A stretch of 63,811 nucleotides of DNA, counting the filler, from Hyphochytrium catenoides (Eukaryota > Protista > Hyphochytriomycota), in assembly GCA_900088475.1 (NCBI GenBank). It is 7 parts of 7 records of this genome, joined end to end, with 100 filler letters (N's around TTAATTAATTAA, not from the genome) between each part and the next. Parts side by side here need not be neighbours in the genome. Positions count along the whole stretch, not along the records: positions 1 to 25,608 come from FLMG01003291.1; 6 more parts are not named here. The stretch is one strand, 5' to 3'. Shown piece after piece: positions 14,401 to 25,708 of this stretch; the stretch's first letter is position 1, and each line of letters begins with the position of its first letter. Made by a program: the position numbers and the translations under genes. The notes under the pieces were generated by a model. That model did no database searches. It had not been told where the DNA came from and was given only the letters and a program-made list of their open reading frames with translations.

Positions 14401-16016
14401 TTTTGTTACTCCTTGTCATGTCTCACATCATAATCAGCAGTATTCTTTGCCTCCTATTCTTTTCTATGATATATTAGTAGGATAAATACATTGTATGTTA
14501 AGTAAGTACCACCGACCGTTTCTGTTCCCCCGTACCGCTTTCCCTCCTCCATTACTACTATTATTTATATAGCCCACCCTCATTGTCCTCATCATAGTAG
14601 ACAAAGAGGAAAGGTTCTCTGCCATCACCGTGATAATAAGAAGGCGAAAGCAGTTCCAAGAAGAAGAGGCCAAAACTACTTTAAGGAATGGGGACAATAT
14701 TGAAGCGCGAACAACAATTCTCCTCGTCTGAGCAGAAACAGTTTTATTATCGTGGATCCTTTTTTCCTTCCTCCTCGGCAACCAACCTGAACCTGATGGT
14801 GATAAGGAAGAGCAGCAATAGTCAGAAAAAAAAAGAGAGAAGGAGTCAGAATGTAGTCGTTCCTTTTCCTGGTGTCTTCGAAAGAAAAGATGCCTGCTGC
14901 ATAATAAAACCCAGTGCCCAAATGGCAAAGCAGTATGTAACTAAGGTGACGAGGGTTAAATAGTAGGTAGGATGAATATACCAGCTTCTTCGTGATAAGG
15001 CTTCTTTAGGGCCAGGCAACAAGATAACTAACGAAAGAAACTCTATTTTCCAGATGATGAGAACTCTTCTTCTTCCACCACGATTAACGATTATGCAGCA
15101 CAACAGAAAGAGGTAGCCTTCGTCCCTATTGTAAAATGTTGGTATAACTGGCTGGTGTATGCTTCTTTTTCCTGTTCTGCTGTTCTGGTAATGATGATGT
15201 GATATTTATGTCAAGGAACAGACAGGTTGTCGCTCTTGCATCTTCTCTTCCACTTCTTCTTCCTCTCTTCGTCTATACCACCAACCATAACTGCTGCTTC
15301 TCATTCAGCACACAATCATCAATGACTTGTTTTTCGTCAATAAATCCCTCATTATATTATTAGTAGACTCTGTGAGGGCCTGAGTAAAAGAAACGGAAGA
15401 GAAGGAACGAAGAGAGACATAGAAAGTAATTCTACTTATTGTGACTTCAACAGCCTCAACTGGTCCTTCCTTGCACACGTGATAATGATAAAGTGAGGTA
15501 TAAGCTGGTAATGGCTAACACTAATACTCAAAATTGGTCCCTTGTGTACGATAGTAATACAGCCAAAAGCGAGTTGCTAACGGCTACCACTGCCCCTCAA
15601 GCGTCCATGCGACATCAGAATCTGCATCTTTCCTCCTCACCACTTTCTAACAGCAGCCCCCAATAGAGTTCTGAGGCCATTGACGAGGATGAGAGTGATT
15701 GATTGTTGCCCTCCTCGACTGCTCCAAAGTTAGACACATCTCTCCTTCTGCTGCACGATTGGCCTACAGCGCTGTCTGCCATAAGTGACCAGGTTTTCAA
15801 AGACGATGTCTGATGCTTAGGTGTTCTGGGCCGGTAGCAGTGCGTGCGAGAGGGAGGAGCCTCGTTTCTTTTCTTCGAACAAGTCTTCCACCTTCTTGCG
15901 CTTCAATAGATTCCTCTGTGAAGTCACTTATACTCCCCGTGGGTACCTCTGGCGACCCAAGAACGTCCTTGCGACGTCCTGGGAATCCTGACCAGCTCTG
16001 TGCTTTTGGAAGAACC

Positions 16017-17943
16017 ATGGCGTCAGCTTCAAAAGCAGCGCGCATTCTGCTCTTTGCAGATGACAGAAAGGTAGCTGTAGAGATGGCTACACACGTGACA
16101 GAGCCTGAAAGGCGACCACTTTGCCTTACATGGCCGCGAGCGTGTGCACTTCAGGAAACCGATGCAGCTGCAAGCAATGTATGGCTTAGTCGTGATGTCT
16201 CACGTTACATGTCGGCCATGCTTAGTTACCTCTCTCCCTTGATCTCCACTCGTTTCATTCGACAGGACGAAGAGGCCTCTGCTCAGCAAGCTCTAAGTCT
16301 TTCCCTGAATCCCCAAGGCTTCTCAGTTAAAGAGTTCAGCTCTTCCCTTCGCGCGCAGCAGCTCGGCCGCCTCTTTCTCTACTGCCCAGAGATGCCTTCG
16401 ACCCAGACCTATCTTCAGCAGTACTTCGCTGGCGTTGCAGAGGGCCTGACCTGTCTGACCGATATTCAAGTTGCTGGAAAAGGTACCACGCTGGCGGGCG
16501 ACTCAGCGCTTACTCTTTCCAAACCTAATGTCTGCCTTCCGTCCTAGCTCAGTCTGCCTAATACGCCTGGTCCATCTCCCTTCATTCTTTGCCAGGGCGT
16601 GGTAGCAACATTTGGGAGGCCCATCACGGGTGTCTGACATTCTCATTTAAGCTTGGCACTGACAATGGCAAGAATCTACCCTTCCTCCAATATCTCGTCT
16701 CACTTGCCCTGGTCAAGGCCGTGAGAGAAATTGAGAGTTATAAGGTAGACTGGATCAGATATTGTTCCTTTTCATGGCCACTAACTCCTTAATAGGACAT
16801 TATGCATGCGCTTCTCCTTGATGCCCGTTGTCTCTCTCTTCAGTCTCTCTCTCTTCCGCATATTTTACTACTTTACCTCCACATCCCTCTATCTCTCATT
16901 TCCACTTCTCTCGCGGCGGAACTGATCAGTACCTTGTATCCTTTGTTAGCTGGCCGAGGTGAGGATCAAGTGGCCGAATGACATTTACGGCGGCAATCAG
17001 AAGATTGGCGGCATCCTCTGCNNNNNNNNNNNNNNNNNNNNNNNNNNNNNNNNNNNNNNNNNNNNNNNNNNNTCTCTCTCTCTCTCTCTGACGCGGTGCT
17101 TTCCCCTAGATGTAGCTGGGTGCAGAAGCTGCTTTTTGCCGCCTGCTAACGCACTGATACCGCTCTCCATTGACCCCTCTGTCCTGCAGGCATTGGCATC
17201 AATGTCTTGAACGAGAAGCCGACCACCTCTATCAATCAAGTCATTAAGGAGAACAACCCCACAGCTCCGGTCTTGACAAGGTTGTGATCTGCTTTTTTTC
17301 TTTTCGGGAGATCTAGTTCTCGCTTTCTCTTACGCAAAAGCGATCTCTACCTCCTACATCCCGCTGCCTTTTCAAAGCTCTATGTCCCATCCCATCTCAT
17401 TCTCCTCTTCTCTCCCATTCTCCTCCACGGATGCTTCAATGTTGACCTCTGGGACGAAACAGAGAGATGTTGCTGTCGTCTTTCTTCAACGTCTTCGAGC
17501 CGATGTATGCTGAGTTTGAGGCGAAGGGGTTTGAGCCATTTAAGGAGGAATACTTCTGCTACTGGCTACACTCGGACCAGAAGGTCTCGATACAGAGCGC
17601 ACCAAGCAGTCAAAGTCTCCCCGTCGTTATAAAAGGTAGGCGGTCACTGCTCACTCCTATCTCTTCACCCACTTACGAAGGCCCTACAATAGACCTCACG
17701 TCTTCCTCTACGGCTGCTCTCAGCTGCCTTTCTCCGCGCAACTGCCTCCTCTTTTCTTCCGTCGCCCCTTTCCCTGTCTCGCGAACGTGATATCAAGGCC
17801 TGATCGCTTTTTGCTTCTTCTCAGGATTGGCTGACTCTGGAGGCTTGCTGGCTATAGACGAAGGGGGAGAGCGTTATGAACTCTACCCTGACGGCAACCG
17901 CCTCGACTTTTTCCAAGGCCTCATCAGCCGAAAGCTGGACTGA
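16017..17943 (+). CDS. HLCS: Biotin--protein ligase / holocarboxylase synthetase (multi-exon; N-gap inside)
   Basis: Motifs PSTQ, TDIQVAGK|GRGSNIW, IKWPNDIY....KIGGIL, GIGINV, YWLHSDQ and the eukaryotic C-terminus YELYPDGNRLDFFQGLI. Stop TGA at 17941-17943. Confidence 0.93.
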
Positions 17944-18234
17944 GAGTAAAGAGCTTTTCTGAACGGAATATAAAGATAGTAATAAGATGCGTTGCCATGG
18001 CGGCAAAGACCAACCACACAGAGGAGCGACGGAAGGAAACCTCTCAGACCGCAAGAGTATTCCTTAGAAGATGCTAGACTAGAAAAGAGGTGCAGGTCTG
18101 GGGTTAAAGGGAACCCGAGAGGCTATAAGAAAGCACAATGAGGGCCTCTCCCAGCAGCAGAACCAACGAACGAACTGGAAGAGCTGGGTCTGGCTTGCTG
18201 AGTCCTCCTCCTTACATTGACATTAAAACTCTGT

Positions 18235-19410
18235 CTAATGGTGCTTGCTCTTGGTTCCTTTGTCTCTATCCTGATGCACCGTGCTGCTGTCCAAAATCGT
18301 TCGGCCCTTATGAAAGTAAACCAGGAACAGAACCCCCGCGATAGAGGCTCCCACCATCTGGCCAGCCGCATATGTAAAGCACTGCATTGCACTCTCGCCT
18401 CTATAAATCAAAAGGAGAGCCAACACATAGGCGGGATTGGTGCTGGCCACCATAACAGAGCGGTGTAACATCCCGACAATCACTTGACAGGACGCGTTGA
18501 TTACGATAGCCATATGGCGGGGCAGAGAGCTGGCCACCGCCAGGGCGACCAGGACCAGACAGAAGGAGGAAAGAATATGAAGGAGAAAGACGAAGAAAAG
18601 GGAGAGGGATGGACTCCTCACTGTTATGGGAGGGTAAAAGTTGCGGAACGGTCCGTTCACGTCGTCCTCCTCCTCCCCACTTACCAGTGGGAGCATTGCT
18701 CTCACGCAAAGAAAGCTGGCGGTGTTGGCTAGTGTGTCTAGACAACAAACAAGTGCCCAATGGCGCACTCTCAAGCTCCCAATGGTCACCAAGGCCGCGG
18801 CCGTAGCAGGATTGCCTATGGTTTTATGATTAGAGAGCGATATCGCAATCGTCTGCAAGAATTGCACCAGATCCTGGTGCAGAGGCAAGGGAAAGGAGAC
18901 ATAGCAGAGCTTGATAGTCGCCTTCACAAGACCGAGAAAGAGCTGTACGAAGAACTCCCGGCGCAGTTGACATTCTACTTGGGAGCGTGTCGTCCTCTTT
19001 ATCGTCCTAAGGACATGCCAATAGTGGAAGAAGAAAGTGGTTGCCTCTCCCTTTTGCGTGGCGTCGCTGCCAGATGGTTGACCGCTGACATCAAAGCTAG
19101 TGAACTCATCGCGGGCATTATCTATCGTCCCACTGAGCGGTCGTCGTTGCTGGTTCCCTAATCTCCAGATAGAGAGATGCGGAGCAGTCCTACTGTGGTT
19201 CTTTGCTCGTTGTCGTGTCTCTGCTACTTGATTAGGACTAAGAAGAAAGTCATCCTCTGACTCCTGGCAAGAGCGGTCAGCATCTCTCTGTGGGCAAGTC
19301 TCCTGACGAGAGGACAGTGTGGTCCCTTCCTCTTCCTTCTCTGCCTTGGGCTGCCCGCCTGGAACACCAATAGACCACCGCTTGGTGAACCGCGAGAGTT
19401 CTGGGTCCAT
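18235..19410 (-). CDS. Divergent major intrinsic protein (aquaporin-like), apparently intronless
   Basis: Two NPA boxes (TIGNPATAAAL; ASTNPAYVLAL), several hydrophobic segments, REFF in TM1 and YAAGQMVGASIAG near the C-terminus. Long hydrophilic N-terminus from the ATG at 19410. Confidence 0.7.
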   Translation of the reverse strand: MDPELSRFTKRWSIGVPGGQPKAEKEEEGTTLSSRQETCPQRDADRSCQESEDDFLLSPNQVAETRQRAKNHSRTAPHLSIWRLGNQQRRPLSGTIDNARDEFTSFDVSGQPSGSDATQKGEATTFFFHYWHVLRTIKRTTRSQVECQLRREFFVQLFLGLVKATIKLCYVSFPLPLHQDLVQFLQTIAISLSNHKTIGNPATAAALVTIGSLRVRHWALVCCLDTLANTASFLCVRAMLPLVSGEEEDDVNGPFRNFYPPITVRSPSLSLFFVFLLHILSSFCLVLVALAVASSLPRHMAIVINASCQVIVGMLHRSVMVASTNPAYVLALLLIYRGESAMQCFTYAAGQMVGASIAGVLFLVYFHKGRTILDSSTVHQDRDKGTKSKHH

Positions 19411-20034
19411 GCTAAGACTGAAATGGACAGATGGTTGACTCGAGTGCAGCAGCAGGAGGAAGAGCGATAGGACACGGACTAGAGTTGAATAAAGGGACAA
19501 GCAGCAGGGCGTAGTCGAGCCGCTAGCTCACATCTAAAGTATGCCCTGCCATTACGTAGCTCTTATAACGTTAGTCCTTGCTCTCTAAGACCTCTGAATA
19601 TCTGTCTATATCTGTGCACTTTCTGTCCGTGCGTTCTCTCTCCTTCAACTTCTCGGTGCATTGTCAATGCTTTCCTAGCCTTCTCCTTTGCGGTCATCCG
19701 CCTCTGTCTGCTCTGTCGTCCTTTCGTTATCGTCATCGTTTATAGAGGTCAGTCAAGGCCAAAAGGTGTAGATGCGCTACGGTCCGACTCTCTGCCCCAT
19801 CGCCAGCAAGAAGAGGCGCTCCTTCTATCTTCTGCCTACCTTCCTTCTTTTCCCCCGGCTGGTCTCTTGCACTCTTCCTCTTGTCTGTTCATGATCCTCC
19901 TCCTCACGTCTGTGAAGCCACGGTAACATGTGCTTCTGCTTCCATTCTTTAGTTAGCGACTGTGGGCCGTACGCTGTAGAAGGAAGCGCTACATTGCCCA
20001 TCCCGCTTGCTCTCATCCTCTCGCTTGGCTCGTG

Positions 20035-20067
<33 letters not shown>

Positions 20068-20138
20068 TCATGTTTTTCCATCGCTCTCTACGACTCTGAC
20101 GTTTGCTCCTGTCCAATTGTTCTCTGTCCTGGTCTTCG

Positions 20139-20177
<39 letters not shown>

Positions 20178-20573
20178 TTTATAGGAATCTTTCTCCTCAA
20201 TCATGAGGATGCTGTCGACGCTCTTCTCCGAAGTCCTCTAGCCTTGTCTCATTCTCCTACTTCGTACCCGATGCTCTCTTTCTCCCGCGCCCGTTGCTGC
20301 TTCGGCTCTCCCGCTTCCCTCTCTCTCTCTCTTTTTATCTCTCTTTTGGTCTTTCTTTTTCTCTGTCTCATGTCTCTCTCTCTGTCTCTCTCTGTCTCTC
20401 TCTCTCTCTCTCTCGTCTTTCCCACAGCATCTGCCCTCCAGAGTAACGCCTAGCTCCTTTTTCGAGGGACACGTTGACAAACTTGAGTTGTGGAACCCTT
20501 CCCACAGTCTCCTTATAAGGGTCTAATAACAACTACGGTACCAGGAGTGCCTTCTAGCGTTAGCGGCTAGAGC

Positions 20574-20584
20574 TTTGGCGCCAA
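20574..20584. promoter_or_regulatory. E2F-type binding site (TTTGGCGC, palindromic TTGGCGCCAA) upstream of POLD2
   Basis: Matches the TTTSSCGC consensus about 330 bp before the POLD2 ATG. DNA replication genes are classic E2F targets. The motif is short and could be chance. Confidence 0.45.
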
Positions 20585-20910
20585 TTTCTTGCCCGCTTCC
20601 TCGTGTCTGAAGCTTGAAATTTCATGCAGCCGGAGCTCAAGATAGAAGATGGAGGGCCGATGAGAGCTTGCTTCGCTAGAGGTCGGGGGGCCTATAGAGG
20701 ATCTTTATCTTGCTCCGCAGGCGTCTCTTGCACTGTGTCCTAGATATCTTGTGGGACGGGACCATAAGTGAGCTATTGTAAGAAGAACATGGCCTCCGCG
20801 GAGGATCATACACGCTGGCCATCCGCTTTGTACGTTCCCTTAGCACATATGAGTGCTGGTTACCGTTAGCTCTAACCACTATGCTTTGTAATAGAGAAAA
20901 AGCTTCAGCA

Positions 20911-23900
20911 ATGAGCGATGATCCTGATGCGATGAAAATTGAGGGAGAGGTGAGATCCTCTCTATGGGCTATACAGACCAACCGATCACTGACGATTTTG
21001 CTGTCAACTTTAGGTTGACAGGGCGGGGACGGAGTACATCCCTCTCTATCAGGTAAAATACCCGGCTCGAGGGCTTGCTAAAGCAACTATAGTCCGTCCT
21101 CCTTTTCCTTCTCCCATTCTCTCTCTCTATAGAGAAATATGTCTCCATAAATGCCAGCCAGTTGCCACCGCTTTCTAACGCAAAGGGCTGCTTCTTTCCA
21201 CAACGGCAGAGATTCATGGTGAAGAAGAAGAGCTTCGTTCAGCAGTTTTCTCACATTTACTTGAAGAGATTGCTGCAGACCAGAGAGCGGGTCCTTGCCT
21301 CCGCGAAAGCTCAGTGCACAAGAAAAGGTTACTTCCCTTCTTCTACCTTTGTCTCCTCGCTCGCCCTGATCATCCCCAGCCTCAATGTTCTCCTCTTTGC
21401 CCCTCGCTTCTCCTTTCTTCCTTTCGTCTTGCCCTTATTACTCTTTCTTGTTTGCTCTCCACTCTGTCATGTCTCCTTTTCTCCTTCTGCAGCTAATAAC
21501 TAGCTGGCGCTCCTTTCGCCTCCAGATATACAATTCGTGTCAAAGATCATTGATCTCAGAGACGGAGACAGCTGCGTGGTGGTTGGCACTATTTATAAAG
21601 ATATGCCCAAGAAGCCCGCGGCCTTGGACGAGTTCTTAGAAGAGGTAACAGACACAGTCCCAAGAGGCAGCAGTTGGTCCAGAAAAGACCCTCTGACATT
21701 TCTTTGCTCTATTTTGCTCTCTTCTTCTGTCTCTTTCTCTCATTCGCTTACCTCCTGTTCCTCTTTCCTGGCCTCTTTAGGAGGGCACAATCAAGAAAAC
21801 CAACAACTCTAATTATACCAGCGATGAAGATATCCTGGTCCTCGAGGATGAGAGTGGTCGGGTGAGGCTAGAGGGAGACCGTCTCCCGGTCCATACGCTC
21901 ATCACAGGTCAGGCCATCCACACGGGTGCTCTCTTCACCTCATTTCTTCTTTTCTTCTATAGAGATTCTTTCTAACCTTGCTTCTTTCCTTATTGCCTTT
22001 TTGTATGTGTCTATCCTCTCCTTGTGTTCCGCAGGGGTGGTAGTAGCGGTTGAAGGGACGGTGCAGCCAACGGGGGAGCTAGATGTCAGCCAGATCTACT
22101 ACGCCGGACTGCCTCCACAGCCGCCCCTACCCACAGGTTCAGTCCGCCCACACATTCTCACCGTCTTGTTGACCTCTCACAGAAATGCTCCTTTCGCTCA
22201 CATTATGTGTCTTGCTCTCTCTTCCTTTACTTTCTGCTCTTCTGCACCTTAGTCGAGAAGGATCGCTATGTCGTCCTCCTCTCTGGCCTCAGGCTGAATG
22301 AGTCATCCAACATGCTCCCAATGCAGCTAGTAGTGGACTATATTCTGGGTCATCTGGGAGGCGCAACAGTGCGTAGCCGCTTTCCTTGTCAACAATTTGC
22401 GATTCCACGATAATCTGTGCTCTCTCTCTCTCTCTCTCTGTCTCTCTTTCTTTCTATTCTCTCTGTGTCTCTCTCTTACTTTCTTTCTCTACTTCTCTCT
22501 CAATCTTTCTTTCTTTCTTTCTCTCTGTGTCCTCCTTTCCTTCCTGCTACGATGCATCAATACCTAATGCACGGCGTCCTCCTTTTTATGGCAAACATCA
22601 GGAGCACGCTTTCCAGTCCCAAATCAGCCGTGTGATCATCACTGGGTGCTCACTTGCAGTGCCCAAGGTACACAAAGATGGACAGCGGGATAGAACAAGC
22701 ACTTTTACCTTTGTGTCTTGTCAGAGAGGCTTAAACCTCAGTAGTTTTTGAGGACAGTTTGGCTCTCTTATCAAGTCCTTGGGTTATTTCTCAACGCTCC
22801 GGAGTGCTTCTTCTCTCTTATCTCCACGTTCTCTTCCTTGGATGGTTGTGCAGGATACTGGCATGAAGAAGAACTACTCGGACCCAGTGATGGAGGCTAT
22901 GAGGCAGCTTGACCTCATCATCTCACAGGTGATCCTATCGTCCGGGCACCTCTGCCCACCTACTTCTTTTGAGAGTTCCCTTCCAGTTTCTGTCCTTCTT
23001 TTTTCGTCTCTTCTCGATGTTTCCCTCTACCTTCATGGCTCATCCTCTGCATGATCTCGTTTTCTGCGTGGCCAAATCTTTCTGCCTCTCTTTCTAGCTC
23101 TGTTCCGGTGTCGCTGTGGACCTAATGCCTGGCGAGCACGACCCATCAAATATGGCGCTACCTCAGCAACCATTCCACCGCTGCCTCTTTCCTGCTGCGT
23201 CCCGCTATTCAAGCTTCCGTAACGTGACGAACCCTTACGAGTGCGATATTGACGGAGTGAGGTGGGCCAAAAGCGCATGCAGATGCTGGGTACAAACCGG
23301 CTAACGCGCCTTCCTCTGTAGATTCTTGGGAAGCTCTGGACAGCCAGTGTCCAATGTCCAATCTTATACGCGGGATAAGTCTTCGGTCCAGGTCCTCGAG
23401 GACTGTTTGACGTGGAGCCACATAGCCCCAAGCTGCCCGGATTCCTTAGGTGACAGCTTCTGCTCTAGTCTGTATGCTATGGATGGTTCATTTGTTCAGA
23501 CTCCAATTGCTCCTCTGGCTTATTGCCTCGGTTGTCTTCTGACGGTTTATTGATACAACTGACGACGCTACGGTTGGTATCTGTGTCACACTGCAGCTTG
23601 CTACCCCTTTTACTACGAAGACCCCTTTGTTCTAGAAGAGACGCCACATGTCTTCTTCGCTGGTAGCCAGGAAAAGTTTGAGACTCGGTTGGTAGAAGGT
23701 AAGCCTTCGGTCTCAGTCATACATTGCTCTTCCCATGCCAATCAACTTATTCTAGAGACACGCTGACTGGACGTTATTTGCTTATGTCGCCCTCTGGCTA
23801 GGCAAGCAAGGCCAGCGGACTCGTTTAATCTGTGTCCCCAAATTCCTGGACACGGCCACCATTGTGCTCGTAAATCTTCGGACGCTGGACTGCCATCCTA

Positions 23901-23929
23901 TCCAGTTTGATGGCTCCCTGGAACCCTAG
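20911..23929 (+). CDS. POLD2: DNA polymerase delta subunit 2 (B subunit), multi-exon
   Basis: Motifs QQFSHIYLKRL, VVGTIYKDM..KP..LDE, LVLEDESGRV.L, ITGVVVAV.G, VDLMPGEHDPSN.ALPQQPFH.CLFP, VTNPY, LGSSGQPV, WSHIAPSCPDSL, DPFVLEETPHVFFAG and LICVPKF..T. Stop TAG at 23927-23929. Confidence 0.95.
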
Positions 23930-25149
23930 TTTTACATATCCTAAGACTTGCCTCCTTCTATGTCTTATCTCTGCTTCTACTTTGTCTCTCCATCGCCTAC
24001 ACTCTTGGTAGGCCGTCCAATCATGGACGAATGGAGTCAATCGATATGGAAGCTCTAAGTGTGGCAGGTAGGACTGGTCCAGGATACCGCAGGGCGGCGT
24101 TGGCTGCCGCTATCGTGTACATATATGGACTAAACCTGTCAGCTGGGCAGATAACGGCCTTAGGAATGGCCTAGTCTGAGCTTTGACCAGTTCTATAGAT
24201 CTGCAGCCTCAGGCATTCTCTCTAGCCAATACACCGCGCCATATTTAATCGTCAGTTTGCCGGATACGGTCGCATTACCCGCACAATCAATGATCACCAT
24301 AGCTGAGTCATCAGGGATGTAGGCAGGAAAGTTCTCTCGTCAACCAAGATATAAAGTATGCACTGAAGCGCATCTTTTCAAGGTGCTGCGCAGTTCTATG
24401 GTTCTAACTGCTACAAGGTCAAAGCTGCCTGTGGAGATAACCGAGGCTTGGTATGACTCATGAAAAGAGCGACTGACAGAGCTCGGTTAGGACCACTGAG
24501 ACCTCCAGGCTCTATTATCCAGGCGGCGGTCAATGGCAGCAATGTCGAGCAAGAAGGGCAAGAGATTAGCGTTGGCGTGTGTCTTTTGGACCTTTGATGA
24601 ATGTCGAAATGGGCGAGAAGGAATGAGAGAGGTAGACAACGTCCGACGGTGTCCGTCCCCTGCCTGGCAGCAGTGATTGCTAGTTCCTCTATCCCCGTTT
24701 CCCTTTGTTGCTCATTGGACGAAAGCCAATTACTTCTTACTCTTCTGCTCTAACGCTTTATTGTGTAAGCCGACATGGATTGTTCTACCTGACCAGACAG
24801 AGCCGTCCGTGTGGACAAGAAAGCAGATCAGAAGGAAGTATAACGCTCGACGACCTTTATTTATCTCGCCCCGTGCAGGACTACCCGTTCATTTGGGAAG
24901 AACTATCGGCAGACGTCTACCGTCGCCGTCATTTTTTTGAGGAGCCACGTCATGCCTCCTCCACCTGTGAAGAAAGCCCTGCACTCTCCTACCATCTAAT
25001 GCGGTCACCTGGATCGGGGAGGATAAGCTTTCAACCTCTCCCATGATTAGGGGCAGCATCTGTTCTTCTTTTTTTCCTCTGTCGCTGTATTGCCCAGTGT
25101 CATGATGCCACTTCGAGTCTGGAGGAAGCCGTATGATGTCACCGATTAC

Positions 25150-25608
25150 TTAGTCCGCGAAGATCTCATCCATAGCAACAGTAAGAATAACTATCAGGGC
25201 TAAGTCAACACCTGCTGCAGCAAAGGTGTAATAGGTGTCGCGATGGCTAAATAACTGCCGCTCCCGGCTGATCTCGGCCACGTGAGCATCCCCAAACTGT
25301 TCGCCACGTCGGACGGAATATTCTCGCCAGTTCCTCGTAATAATGAGGTCTTCCTGCCCCTCAGGGGTCTCCAACCTCGTTTCTTGAACTCCAGGTTTTT
25401 TTAGCCATACTCGACAGCGGTGAGAGAGGAAGCCTCGGGTAAGGACCACTATCTCGTCATCGGTCTTCGGATCAACAGCGACGATGGACTTGGGCAGTGA
25501 TTCCTCGAGGATGTCACAGATGTGATGACCCGTCATGTCGTAGAGATGCTTTCTCTCCCGCAAGCTAAAGAATTCTCTGGTTACAAAGAACTCCACTGCC
25601 CCAGTATC
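25150..25608 (-). CDS. LURP-one-related / Tubby C-terminal-like (Tub_2) protein, 5' end truncated by contig end
   Basis: FSLRER..LYD..G...C.I at the N-terminal part and the C-terminal signature Y....AAGVDLALIVILTVAMDE typical of LURP/scramblase-like folds. Confidence 0.7.
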   Translation of the reverse strand, partial: DTGAVEFFVTREFFSLRERKHLYDMTGHHICDILEESLPKSIVAVDPKTDDEIVVLTRGFLSHRCRVWLKKPGVQETRLETPEGQEDLIITRNWREYSVRRGEQFGDAHVAEISRERQLFSHRDTYYTFAAAGVDLALIVILTVAMDEIFAD

Positions 25609-25708
25609 NNNNNNNNNNNNNNNNNNNNNNNNNNNNNNNNNNNNNNNNNNNNTTAATTAATTAANNNNNNNNNNNNNNNNNNNNNNNNNNNNNNNNNNNN
25701 NNNNNNNN
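25609..25708. other. Artificial contig-joining spacer N44-TTAATTAATTAA-N44 (also at 32415-32514, 53322-53421, 55954-56053, 58543-58642, 61587-61686)
   Basis: Six identical 100-nt spacers, each with a 12-mer that gives stops in all six frames. They are assembly artefacts. The plain N gaps at 2495-2531, 17022-17071 and 33076-33152 lie inside genes and are ordinary scaffold gaps. Confidence 0.95.

Noticed and set aside
25653-25664. Recurrent TTAATTAATTAA motif (six copies)
   Set aside because: Always centred in N44 padding. It is an assembly linker with six-frame stops, not biology.
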